In this document: positions 50,137 to 63,304 of the stretch, piece after piece
Layout: each line of letters opens with the position of its first letter
Numbering within the stretch: position 1 is the first letter of the stretch
DNA from: Euprymna scolopes
Lineage: Eukaryota
Reading direction: 5' to 3' (one strand)
DNA length: 64,000 nucleotides
Assembly (NCBI GenBank): GCA_053919585.1
Contig: CM132808.1
Position numbers and translations under genes: made by a program
Notes under the pieces: generated by a model
What the model was told of the DNA's origin: nothing
The model's input: the letters and a program-made list of their open reading frames with translations, nothing else
Databases searched by the model: none

Positions 50137-51959
50137 CAGTGTCGATAAAAAGAAAGCCAGCACCTGTAATTTTTTCAAAAACTGCAAATTTAAGCTAAAT
50201 TTAATGTAACTGTTTAAACAATCTATACCTCATTTGATTTGCCTTTTATTCCTCTATAATTTTACCTGTTTATATTTGACATTTAATTGAAATATTCTAG
50301 TGTTTACATCAATTTAAAAAAATAACTCCAAATTGAGGAGGCAAAAAGAAAGTCCACAGCAACAAATTCACTTAAACCAGCTTAAATTATTGCCCCTAAA
50401 TCAGTTTAAAATATCCACCAACAGGCAACAAAGCATCTCTAATAGTAATTGTTGTTGTTCCAGGTTATACAACGTAACATTTAGTCCATATGCCATGACT
50501 TTCTATTAGTGATCGTCAGGAGCTCATTAATCTCCACCTTTCTGGTTTATCCAATCGAGAAATCAGCCGCAGATTGCAATGTGATGAGAAAACGATATGA
50601 AAGACTGTACAAAAGCACCAAAACACCGACAGTGTTCGTGATGCTCCTAAATCTGGTCGTACTAGAGTTACTTCTAACAGGAAAGACAATGCTATCAAGA
50701 TCCACAGCATAATAAACAGATTTGAAACAGCCCCCCAAACCCAACAACAGTGCAATCTTGTTAAAAAGTGCTTTCTTTCTACTGTCAAGGAATTTAATTT
50801 GCGAGGATATGTTGCAAGATGCAAGTCAATGATTTCTGTAAAGAACAGAAAGCGCCGTCTGGACATCATATGATGCAATGAAGATCATGACTCTTCGCAT
50901 TCGTCAAAAGTGCTTTTTAGCGATGAAAGCCAGTTCAATAGACTAGGCAGTGATGGTAGGCAGTACGTCCGTCGGAGGAAAGACGAAGAATTTAATCTTA
51001 GGTGCTCAGTTTCAACACTGCAAGGTGGTGGAGGTTCAGTTTTGGTGTGGGGCATTATTAATACCAATGGTCCAGGGCCTATAGTTCGCTTGCAAGGTCA
51101 AATTAATTCGACCAAGTACATTAATATGTTGACTGAGCATTTTCTACCCTACTGTTATATTTCCGTTAAAGTAAAAGTTTCTATGGCATGTGATTTTGCA
51201 CACATTCCTTTTCCTTTTTAAAAGGGCTGAGGTTTTTTTCTCTTCAACATTTTGTTACTAACAGTTCTTGCGTTTACTGCTGCTACCTGCTATTTGCTCT
51301 TACGTTTATTATTGGCTGTGAAATTAGTTTGGTAAAGCCTAGTAAAGAGGTTTTGGTCTGTCTTCCGTTCTATGATAAAACACCACACCTACTTTGGCCA
51401 GAATACTTCATGCAGGATAATGCTTCCATTCACACAGTTGGCAATGTCAAGAAGTTCCTGGAAGAGTATGATATTCCGTGTTTGGATTGGCCAGACCTCA
51501 ATCCTATTGAAAACGTATGGCATTACATCAAGCAACAGCTACGCAATGATAAAATTTCAAATTTGGAAGGACTTTGGACAAAAATTAAAGAAAAGTGATA
51601 TGCCCTTCCCCAGAGTATTGCTGCAGTCTAATTCAAGAAATTCCCAAAAGATTGCAGGCTATCAAATTGCAAAAGGGTTATGCTACTAAATATTAACTAG
51701 TTCATTGTGTTCCTGTTGTATTTGTGTTGAATTAATATCCTAAAGTTACATTTAAATAAAAATTTTCCATTGTGCGGACTTCTTGCCCCCTCAATTTGAA
51801 GTTGTTTTTAAATTTAACACTAGAATATTTCAATTAAAAGTCAAATATGAACAGGTAAAATTATAGAAGAATAAAAGACCAATCAAATGAGGTATATTTA
51901 GCTTAAATTTACAGTTTTTGAAAAAATTACAAGTGTAGACTATCTTTTTGCTGCCTGTG
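50137..51959 (+). mobile_element. Tc1/mariner DNA transposon with long TIRs, degenerate
   Basis: TA|CAGTG start, TA at 51960-51961 and ~230-bp imperfect TIRs. Transposase motifs FSDES, VLVWG, FMQDNA, DLNPIENVW. Confidence 0.9.
51153..51387. mobile_element. Solo LTR inserted in the Tc1 transposase
   Basis: TG...CA, 235 bp, perfect 5-bp TSD CCTAC. Confidence 0.8.
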
Positions 51960-52245
51960 TAGTAATAGGTAGTAATAAACAGTAAGAAATAAAATAGATT
52001 TAAGGCTCTTAAAATTTGTACTAGAATTGTCAAGGAACCGTGGCACAGTGTTTACAGTACTTGGGAAAATTCTGAGGGTTTGAAAGTTTAACTTCAGTGT
52101 GGGTACAACTGCAACTTACTTAGATCCTCTATTAAGTCATAGCCCATGCAATGAGAACATACTCTTGAACTAAATAAAGGGTTCCATTCAACATTCAATG
52201 CAGATTCCAAAGTTCAATAGAAAGATTTACAAGTTCAACAAGATG

Positions 52246-52288
52246 CACCTGAAGACGGTCAGAGGTTACATCGACCAAAATGTTGTGA
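52246..52288 (+). ncRNA. Degenerate Penelope-type hammerhead ribozyme motif
   Basis: CTGAAGA-c-GGTC...GACC-AAAA downstream of the PLE ORF; the core GAAA appears mutated. Confidence 0.5.
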
Positions 52289-54040
52289 AAATGATAATCA
52301 AGGTGAAAACATTGATTTGAAGTATCCCAATAATATGAAATTAAAAGTTTTCAAAACAAAATTTGATATGAAGGTAGTTCCCAAAGTAAAGCCTCCTATC
52401 TTTTTAACTCAAAAAGTTCACCATCATTCTCAATGCACTTTTACCAGGAATTCAATGACCCATCTCTGCTTCTGATGCATGTCCATGACAGGGGTTGTGT
52501 TACAATATCTTTTATATATAATGGAGGTATGACTCCTGAAAGTTGGGAGATTCTATTTATAAACACTGCCGATAAGAACTGACAAATCAAATTAATTCAC
52601 GTTCTATTATCAACCAATCAGAAACCAGAATTGCTTCATAAAAATTTAATCTTTTAGCATTCCAGCACAATTTTTTCATGTATACGCGAGAAGGATATTT
52701 TGCTCTTTGCTTGCAAAATTATAAAGTCCAGAACCTGTACAGAACAGCGACCCACAGAAAATTCTTTATATCCAGGACTTGTATAGAATAGTTACCCATA
52801 GAAACTCTTCGGAAATTAAACATGGCTTCCAATGGACCCAGTGGTGACTTTACTTCAATGGATCAGAATCAAAATAACATTTTTAGGATATTTACGAAAA
52901 ATAAAATTTTTAGGATATTTACGAATCCAAAACTTACACAAAGTAATTCAGGCACAACTTGAAAACAGAAAAAACCCTAAGTTTATTGAAAAGAATGCAA
53001 CTGTCTTTGCGGAATTAATACAGTGCTTAAATGACAGGAGTCTATTTCTGGTAATGCAATAAGTCTTGGGCAATGGTTGCAAAGCATTGAACATATTAAG
53101 AGAGCATTATTTATCAAAACACCCTAAAATTATCTCTTTATATACTGAACTGACATCTCTAAAACATATAGAAGCAGAGACGATTTCAGATTATAAGGGC
53201 CAAAACAACAGCAAATTCATTAAAAACGTCTGACAAAGTTATTAACGAGTCTGTTGTCTCCATGGTCCTTAAAGGGTTGCTAAGTGATTTTAAGCCAATC
53301 ACCACTGTGATAACTCAGAAAGAAAAACCTATGACTTTTAGTCAATACAAGGTAGAGTTACAAGGAAACCGAGAAAAAGGTCACAAAAAAAAAAAAAAAA
53401 AAAAAAAAAAACAATTCTACAAATATCATGAAATTTAAAAATGCCCACTTAAAAAACATAAAAATTAAATTATACCTTTACCTCGAATAAAAACCACAAC
53501 TTTTCCAAAAACAATTTTTCTACTAAATAAAGAAAGATTATTTGCTATAATAGTGAGTGACCCAATCACAAGAGTTTCCAATGTAGATACAAGAATTTCA
53601 AAGCGGACTCCATTATAAATGTGGAGAGCTCCGTTAGTGAATATACATTTTTATTTTCATGTACGTTTGACACTTCAACAAATAATCACAACTATGTCGA
53701 TTGTGAGGCAACAGCACATGTAATTACAAAGGAATCAGATTTTATCAATTTTGATCCCAACTTTAATCCTCAGTGTCACTAGCCGATGGCAGTCAAGTAA
53801 ACAATATCATTTGAAGAGACGCGATGATAAAATATCACTAAAGAACAATAAAGGTGAATTTTGTTCCTGTATTCGGAAAACGCTCTTCTAATACCGAAAT
53901 TCAAACAAAATATATTTTCTGTACAAGCCGCCACTAAACAAGGTGCAAATATAAACTTTAGCCCCAATAAATCAAAACTGGTGTACCTGAATGGAACTGT
54001 ATTCGATATTAAAGGAAATGGAAGGCAATATTATTTAAAT

Positions 54041-57000
54041 AGATAGATACGCACTAGATATGTCTAGTAGTGCTGCACTTCTAACACTGTATTTGTTCTG
54101 TTTGTGTTTCAGGATGCATAGATCATCCTTTGATGTGTTATGAATAAAGGAAGATACCTATCTATGATCTATGCATCATCGTTGCTGCCGTCAGGAGAAG
54201 GAGTGACGTTTCGACTGGTGTTAACATCTATGACCCATGCATCCATCAACGGCTGATTATGGTGAAGCTCATTTGTCCAGTTCAGGACTGCCTTTGGGAA
54301 TCCCAAGACTTATCGGAGGAGCTCACCGCTGCACTCACCACTACTTTGAACATCCATGCAGACAACGCACACGCAGTCGCCCATGCACCAGCGCCAGCAT
54401 TACAGCAGAAGCTGAAACTGGCCTCACCTAGGATTGGTCTGGGTTGCAACCCCGACCAATGGTCCTCATTCACACGCCAGTGGAACATCTATAAAGTGGG
54501 CATGGCCATCACACACACCACGCTTCCCATAGCCCTATTCAACTGTTGTAAAGATGATCTACGCACATTTATAATGCATGACATCCATGACGATGTAGCC
54601 TCAATGACCGAAGCACAACTGTTGGCAGCCATCAAACGCCTGGCAGTAAAAGAGGATAGCATCCTGGTACACAGGATCAAGCTGAGCAATATGACTCAGC
54701 CCTCAGGCACTGGCATAAGGACACACTTGGCCAGCCTCCGTGGTCAGGCAGTCTTGTGCCAGTATACAGCAAGGTGCAAGGTTGCTGGTTGTGATCACAC
54801 ATTCGACTATAGCGATGAGATAATCAAGGACAATCGGATTCATGGAATCGCAGACCCGGACATCATGGCGGACCTTCTCGGTGATAGCAAGACAGACCGA
54901 ACACTTGATGAGACTGTCAACTTTATTGCTCAGAAGGAGCAGGGAAAGGCCACTCAGTGGTTGGCACCCAGGCTGGGGCTATAGGGCACTCCATCAAGCC
55001 CACACTCAAGAAATCCCCTGGCAGACCACCCTGCTGGGCATGTCGTGGACCAGAGCATGGAGCAAAAAATGATAGAGACACTAGGTCACAGCTATGCCCA
55101 GCCTGGACATTCACCTGCACCAAATGTTCTGTCAGGAGGCACTACAGTTCCGCTTGTAGCAAGTGCACCTCATGTGGTGCGTGGGGACATCGTGATAAGT
55201 CCTCACGTTTTTGTCGTGGCCAGCAATCCACCAACCGCTCATCCAAGCCCCCTCCAGGCAGGACATCTGGGGTACATCATCTGTCAGATGACCCGGAGGA
55301 CATATATACCAAGTCTGTTTTCGATCAGTTGTGCGGGACTGAGGACTGTGGCACATCCACAACTTTTAATGGATGCAATCCTCCCCTTGTACATCACATA
55401 TTTGATGGTGAGTGGGTGGCACGTGCTTCAGAGCCCCACCCTATGATGACTGTCACATTAACCCCATGCCCTGACGACCACGCCATTCTAGACCACCCCA
55501 TCACTAACGGTGAAAGACTCCTCCCTACATCCATCTCCATGATCGCAGACTCAGGTTGTCAAAGCTGCATTATGCCCATTCAACACGCATATGATATGGG
55601 CTTTTCAGACTCCGATATCATACCCGTGCGGCTCACCATGAGAGGGGCTATAAGAGAAGATTTAGGTGTCCTGGGTGGTATAGTGGTCAAAATCTCTACC
55701 ACTGACATGTCAGGATCAGACAGATGCACCAAGCAGCTCACATACCTCTCAAGCAAAATTGACAGGGCTTTTATGTGTAGGGAAGCTCTTGCGGCCTTGG
55801 GTGCTCTTCCGGCTAATTTTCCTTCAATCCCAACCTGGCAGTCACACGCCACCGTGGCTGGAGTAGATGACGAACCCACATGTTCATGCCCAATGCGGCT
55901 GGAAGAGCCCCCACCGTTGCCTACCGACCTTTCTCCAGGGCTGGATGACAGACCTGAGAGTGTGCCAGCCCTCAAACAATGGGTGCTGGACTATTACAGT
56001 TCGTCCACATTCAACACTTGTGAACATCGTCCTATGCGTATGATGCCGGAGGAGCCATTGCGACTTTATGTTGACCCAGAGGCCCGCCCCCATGCTGTGC
56101 ACAAGCCTGCGATTGTGCCTCTTCATTGGCAAGAACAGGTGCTTCATGATTTGGAAAGAGACGTGCGCCTGAGTGTGCTTGAGAATGTTGGCCCAAACAC
56201 TCCTGTGACATGGTGCTCACGAATGGTGGTGGCAGCCAAGGCGGATGGGTCCCCTCGACGCACAGTGGACCTGCAGCACTTAAATCGACATTCCGTTAGG
56301 CAAACACACCATGTTCAGAGCCCGTTCCATCTTGCTGAGCAGCTCCCACAACATACCCTAAAAACTGTGACAGACGCATGGAATGAATACCACTCTGTGT
56401 CAATCCACCCAGATGATCGTCATCTGACCACTTTCATAACACTTTGGGGACGTTACAGATACAGAGTCGCCCCTCAAGGATTCTTGGCTAGTGGTGATGG
56501 ATACAATCAGCGATTCGATGCCATCATTGCTGACTTCCCAGACAAGGTGAAGATTGTGGATGACACGCTAAAATGGGCGATCTCCATAAGAGAGTCCTTC
56601 CAACTGTGTAGATGGTGTGTCCTTCTGTACCGCAACGGGGTCACCTTGAACCCCAAGAAGCTTCAGTTCACTCAGGAGACAGTAGACTGGGGTGGGCTCA
56701 CGATTACACCCACCAACATCTGCCCATCCTCCAAGTTCATAGATTCTGTCCGGAGTTTCCCTACTACATCCTTGGGTGTGAGGACCTTATTGTGACGACA
56801 GACCACAAACCATTGATAAGAGTCTTAAACGACCAACCTCTCACCGACATTGCAAACCGCCGCTTGCTAAACCTAAAGGAGAAGACCCTGCCATACCGGT
56901 TCACACTCATTCACATCCCAAGTCATAAGAACAAGGGAGCCGATGCAGCATCCCGTTACCCGACTTCAGCAGCAAAACAGCTGCAACTACTAAGTGAGCC

Positions 57001-58725
57001 ACCAGAGGTCACCCCAGATTATCTCCCGGCTGACATTGAGGAACTGGCTGATGAGGCGAGCATGTCATTCAGCGCTTGTGCTGCTCTGAACTCAGTCACT
57101 GATGTAGTTACATGGGATATGGTTCGTGAAGCCACATCCTCGAATTCTACGTTACAACAGCTCATGAACGCAATTCAGGAAGGCTTCCCAGACAATTCCC
57201 GGGATCTGACCCTGGAACTGCGCCCATATTTTAGATACAGTGACAGCCTATACAGTGTTGATGGTGTCATATTGATGGGAGAGCGGATTGTTATACCTGC
57301 GTCAGAACATCCTGAATGCCCTTCATGCTGCCCATCAAGGAATAGGCGCCATGACGGCCCGTGCTGCTGACTCTGTATTTTGGCCCAATATATCCAGACA
57401 TTGGAATGGTCTGCGACAGATGTGGTCATTGTAATTTGGTAGCTAAATCCAACCCTCTGCAGCCGCCTGCTGATATAATTCCCCCAGATTATCCCTTCCA
57501 GTGCATCGCCTGCGACTACTTCCACTATCTCAACATGGACTATGTGGTTGTGGTGGACAGATATTCCAACTGGCCGATTGCTTATAAGTCACAATCCGGA
57601 GCAGCGGGGCTCATCAAACGTCTGCAGAAAATATTCGTCACATTTGGTATCCCTGAAGAAATCACATCTGATGGGGGCCCCCAATTTACGGCTGGCGAGA
57701 CATGAGCTTTCTTAGCTACATGGGGGGTGAACCACAGGGTTTCCAGCGTTGCCAACCCCCATGCAAACAATAGGGCGGAAATTGCAGTGAAAACCGTCAA
57801 GCGCATGTTAATGAACAACACTGGGCCTGGTGGTTCTCTGGACACTGATAGATTCCAGAGAGCCATGATTACATACAGGAATTCCATCGACCCTGAGACC
57901 AAAGCCTACCCTGCACTGGTATTCTTTGGCCAACCAATCAGAGACGCTATCCCAATCCCACTTGGGAGGTATTGTCCACACAACACATGGCAAGAAACCA
58001 TGACATTCCGTGAAAGGGCCCTAGCTCGCAGGCACTCCAGAGAACATGAAAAGTGGGATACTCACACCAGACTCCTACCACCTCTACGTGTTGGGGACCA
58101 TGTGTACCTACAGAATCTTGTAGGCAACCACCCAAAGCGCTGGGAGCGAACAGGAGTTGTTGTGAAAGTACGGCAGTTCCACCAGTATGTGGTCCTGGTG
58201 GATGGATCCGGTCGCGTGACCCTACGCAATAGACAGCATCTACGAAAATTCATACTATTTCTGCAGAGGCAGACACCTCTACGGGTACAGCCCCATAATG
58301 CTCCTGCCCAAGGTCAGGGTCTGCCCACCAAGTCTTTGGAACCTCGGCCAATTGTCACCACATCTCCATCACCTTCCGATCAGCACCCTGACACCACAGG
58401 CCCTGACACCACAGGCCCATCTTCGGAGCCTCCACCCCCAACACCCATGGAACCCATGCAACAGCCATCACAGACGCAGCCAGCATCCCACAACCCGTCT
58501 GAGCATAACAGCATCCCTCTACCCTGTGCTGGCGTGGAGCCAGCTCCGGTTCTTACTCCCCACGGAACGCCTCCCATGCCTGAGAAGAAGCTGTCTCGTG
58601 CCCTGGCACGTCTACTACCACATAACGCGGTGGGACGCATTTCTAACACTGTATTTGTTCTGTTTGTGTTTCAGGATGCATAGATCATCCTTTGATGTGT
58701 TATGAATAAAGGAAGATACCTATCT
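54041..58725 (+). mobile_element. Ty3/Gypsy LTR retrotransposon (probably non-chromoviral) with short atypical LTRs, inserted in Copia pol
   Basis: Shared LTR block 54075-54163 / 58637-58725. Gag, PR (ADSGCQS), RT (VDLQHLN; APQGF; IVDDTL), partial RH (TDHKPL) and IN (DYF; SDGGPQF; NNRAE). The Copia frame YYLN|SV is split around it; AATAG is repeated at the flanks. Confidence 0.92.
54259..58636 (+). pseudogene. Gypsy gag-pol, frameshifted; most of RNase H deleted
   Basis: ORFs 54259-54984, 54957-56795, 56612-57370, 57361-57705 and 57727-58683; RT ...SVRSFP jumps straight to YYILGC...TDHKPL. Confidence 0.9.
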
Positions 58726-59314
58726 AATAGTGTAGTCCCATCAAAAATCGCCTGTCATGATTTACAGATATGGCATAAAATTCTTGTGCACTGCAATATT
58801 CCAGATATCAAAAAGTTGCAGAATGTGGTTGACAAAATGAAAATAAGAACTTCAAAAAACTTGACAAACTGCAACGTTTGTACACAAGGTAAAATACCAA
58901 AACAAGATAGACAAGAAGGTCATAAAAATCCTATCACTGGTATACTGCAATTTGAATGGTCTTGTGGAACCGATGAGAAGAGAAAACTTCAGGTATGCAT
59001 TAAATTTTGTATCCAACTACACCGGTTTAATAATAGTCTATTTTTTAAAGAACAGAACAAATCTGATGCCTTGTTAGCAACTAAAAAATACTTAGCTGAC
59101 ATAGCCCCCTACGGTGCAGTAAATGGTACAGAATTCACTAATAAAGACTTTAAACTTTTATTAATTAATCATTGTATCAAACTTGAAAATCGGCCCCTAA
59201 TTCACCTCACCAAAACAGAACTGCGGAAGAATCATGGCAGACACTTTTTTAAACGGCAAGATGTCTACTCATTGATTCAAAACTCCCCAAATCTTTGGAC
59301 ATGATTGCTGCATA

Positions 59315-59686
59315 TATAATACTGTAACAGAAATGAATCTAGCAAACGACCTCGTGTTTGATTAGCCTGTAAAATACCAGCAAAAAATGTAGAAAAGAAA
59401 AGACAGGCATAATTTTGTAAGTCGCTCACTGGCGAACAACGTGTGCGATTAATTTGTATATGTACACAATTGGTAACGGTTAAATGGGATGAATTCTAAA
59501 GCAGGGCGTTGAGTGGAATTTTTTGTTGAACAGCTCAGAACAAGAGCGAACGGTGGAAGATAACGAATACACAATGATTTGTTGCAAGTTGAGAGAAAAA
59601 AGGAAAAGACTTTCGTGCATTATATCTACAAGAGGACGGTTTGACACTGCCATTTTTAAAAAATTTTTTTGTTCCTTTTCCATTTT
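59315..59686. mobile_element. Unclassified ~370-bp insertion in Copia integrase
   Basis: Interrupts the AAY|YICNR integrase motif at a TATATA tract; boundaries approximate. Confidence 0.5.
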
Positions 59687-62087
59687 ATATATATGCAACC
59701 GGTCCTTTATCAAAAGACTTTCTAGAACCCCATGAGTTTTCTGTGGTAGAAAGGCAAATTTAAGCAGAATGTATGTATTTGGTTACACTTGCTTCGCACT
59801 TATAGATAAGAAAAACAAATTAAATATCAAAACCGGTCGTGGTATATTCCTTAGGTACGATAAAAACAGGCCAGCCTATTTAGTATTTTTTCCAGAGAAA
59901 AATAAAATAAAAAAAACATACACGTTTTATTTCAAAGACAAAAATCCATCATATGAAGCAGATGAATTAATATTTCCTCAAATTCATAAAACAAATGATG
60001 ACAATGAAGTTGCCGTTGATGAGGACAAGAGTGATGACAGCGATGATGCTGATATTAAAATTTAAAATTTATCAGAACGTTACCCAAAAAAAAGTAGAAG
60101 ACGGCCCGATTTTGTGATCAACAATTTGAAAGATTATCAAGTTGATTATTGCTATTCCATGGATAATATGCCTAAAAGCTTTAACAAAGCAATTAATTCA
60201 GAACATTGTCAGCAATGGAAAATAACAATGGAAAGCGAAATAGATGCTTTAATAGAAAATAATACCTATTCGGTAGTGCCTCTCCCAAAGGATAAACATG
60301 TTTCTTCTCAATGGGTCTTTACAAAAAAAGACTACAGCGTCATTGAGTTGAACAGTATAAGGCTAGATTTGTTGCTAAAGCATACTCTCAGATTTATGGT
60401 CTAGAATATTTTTCTACGTTTTCACTGACTACAAATCAGAATTTTATTGCAAATTGCATTGCAATATAACCTTAACATTGACGTAAAAAATGCTTATTTG
60501 AATGTCCCGATAGGCAGTGAAATTTACATTACCCCTCCAGAGGGATTCATAATGAAAAATAAGCTGCGTGTGGAGGCTTAATAAATCACTGTATGATCTG
60601 AGGCAGAGAGATCGAATCTGGCATACAGTATTTCATGATTATATGATTGAATAATATCCAGTAGACCCGTTTGTATACCCAAAACAATGACAATAAACTA
60701 CTGATTTTAGTTTTATGGTTCAATGACATTTCAATCGCAAAAAATTGTGACATAATGTTAACCGATGTTAAGAACAGATTAAATAAAAATAACCGATCTT
60801 GGCAAGATATCATGGTTTCTGGGCATACAATTTATTCATGAAAAAGGAATTATTAAAATGAATCAATCGAGGTACATTGGTAAAATCCTATTAAAGTTTG
60901 GAATGCAAGAAACACTCTACACCGGTTGACTACACAGACTCTGAAATAAGTGACTATACCGAGAGATAATAAGGAAGCCTTATATACTTAATGACTGCTA
61001 TGAGACCTGACATGTTACACAGTAACAAAACTATCACAAAAATTATTAAGATCAACAATGAAGGATTTAAACAGAGCAAAACAAGTTCTTCGTTTTTTTA
61101 AAAGGAACTAAGGAACAGCATTTAGTATTTAGAAATTCAACAAGTCCCCTAAAATTAGAAGGGTTTTCAAATTCAGATTGGGGAAACAATGAAGATCGAA
61201 AAAATGTTTTTTTTATTTTAGACTATCAAAAAATGGGCTTATTATTTCATGGAAATCTAAAAAGTAGCAGATTGTATCTCTTTCCATGTGAGGCGGAATT
61301 CATAGTGCTTACATATACTGTACAAAAAATCCTATACTTAAAAACTATTCTAAAGACTGTTTTAGAGCCAGAATTAACTAAAACTCTCATAGTAACTGTG
61401 ATAATGAAGCCAACACAGTCTTTACTGCAGAACTAAGCATAATCTCATTTCATAAGAAATGAACTAAAAAAGGAATCCATTATTGTAAATCGCATCAGAA
61501 CAAAATATATCCAATATATTTACAAAACCAGCGACAAAAATAAAATTGAAACGTTTTGCCTCTAAACTTGTCAGAATTTGACTTTACATAAATTTTCACA
61601 AGTCCAGGTATATATTAAAAAAAAAAATGTTCTGAGCAAAACGTTAAAGTACATCTATTTTGTTTGTATTAACACTTTTAACATACTAATGCATAACAAA
61701 TGTTTAAACTTTTACTAAAATAAAAATATATATATATATAAAATAAATAAATAAAATCACTTTTTGAAAACATTTTCTTTGTATTTTTTTTACAAATACT
61801 TTTTACATGCTTATTTTAAGGTGCACATTTTTTTTACTTTTATTTTGTGCACAATATTTTCTTTCTAATTTACCGAAAATTTCCTATTTTCTTCTTTTGC
61901 TTTGTTTTAATTTTACTTAAAACAAAAATAAAATAAAAAAAATGAGTTCTTTTTTTTTTTTTTTTACGGATACATATAATATGCATATTTATACATACAG
62001 GTATTTTAGAATGGGAATGCATAATTAAAATTAAAAATGGCTTTAGTTTCCCATGCTCACCTTTTCAAGATAAAAATAAAAATCAAC

Positions 62088-62118
<31 letters not shown>

Positions 62119-63304
62119 TTTTTTTTACACACATAATTTTCTTTGACATTTGAACAAAACTAAAAAAATGGCTCAAATTGTAAGATCTAAATGATTTGTT
62201 TTTATTTTATATGCTGTAACTTTTATTTTACATATTTGAAGAGATAGATTTATTTATTTTTGAACAGAATTAGACAGGAACTGAATGGATTTTCCTATTA
62301 TATAAAAAAAATAGGGGGAGGATTTGCAATATTTTGGATATATAATGAGGGTATGACTCCTGAAAGTTGGGAGATTTTATTTATAAACACTGCCGATAGG
62401 AATTGACAAATCAAATTAATTCACATTCTGTTATCAACTAATCAAAAATCAGAATTGCTTCATAAAAATTGTATCTTTTTAAGCATTCCAACACATTTTT
62501 TTCATGTCAACACGAGAAAGATCTTTTGCTTTTTGCTTGCAAAATTATAAAGTCCAGAACCTGTACAGAACCGTGACCCACTGAAAATTCTTTATATCCA
62601 GGTCTTGTATAGAATAGGTACCCATTGGAAACTCTTGAAATTAAACATGGATTCCAATTCAAAGCATTTCTTTAAGTCTCACATCAATATTTACAAGAGA
62701 GAGAAAAAACTATTAAATCATGAATGCATGTTTAGCTACCATAGCAATGCAATTTGCAATACCCTGTGATCCATTCAGGCAGATTAAAAATAGGAGCCTC
62801 ATATAAACAATGATATAATAAACCAAAAAATTTAATTAACAACAGGAAAAGTTATTTTCATTTATCTCTTTATTTCATAAAGTAGTTTTAAGGATCAATG
62901 TTCTCTACAGAAACACGAAACAAGCTGTTCACATTTGACCAGTTCTAAGATCACCAATACACTAATGTCTATTTTGTCAGTGATTTTGAATCATTTTCTT
63001 TTCATATTTACTTTCCCTTACCCATTTATATTTGGCCAAACAAGCACAATTAAATATTGTTGCTTTCCCCATTGTAGATTGGTATACATTGCATTAGTTT
63101 TAATTTACAATTTTACTTTAGTTACATATGTAAAGTATATGTATAACATCATATAATTTTGTGATAAACTCTTGTATCGAAATATTGAAAATAATAATAC
63201 AATTTCAGAAGAATGTACTTATTTCGATTTTATCTCCATATATAATAAAACAGACAATAATTCCCATCTATAAAAAACATTATAGGAAAAGAAACACTGG
63301 CCTA

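Larger units (their letters stand above)
52498..62658 (+). mobile_element. Ty1/Copia LTR retrotransposon, heavily decayed, with nested Gypsy
   Basis: Diverged ~335-bp LTRs (52498-52833, about 62322-62658) and PPT AGGGGGAGG. Gag KNATVFAELIQCL, PR VDCEATAH, WHKILVHCN, NGTEF, RT VKNAYLN, RH SDWG and IFTKP. Confidence 0.85.
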
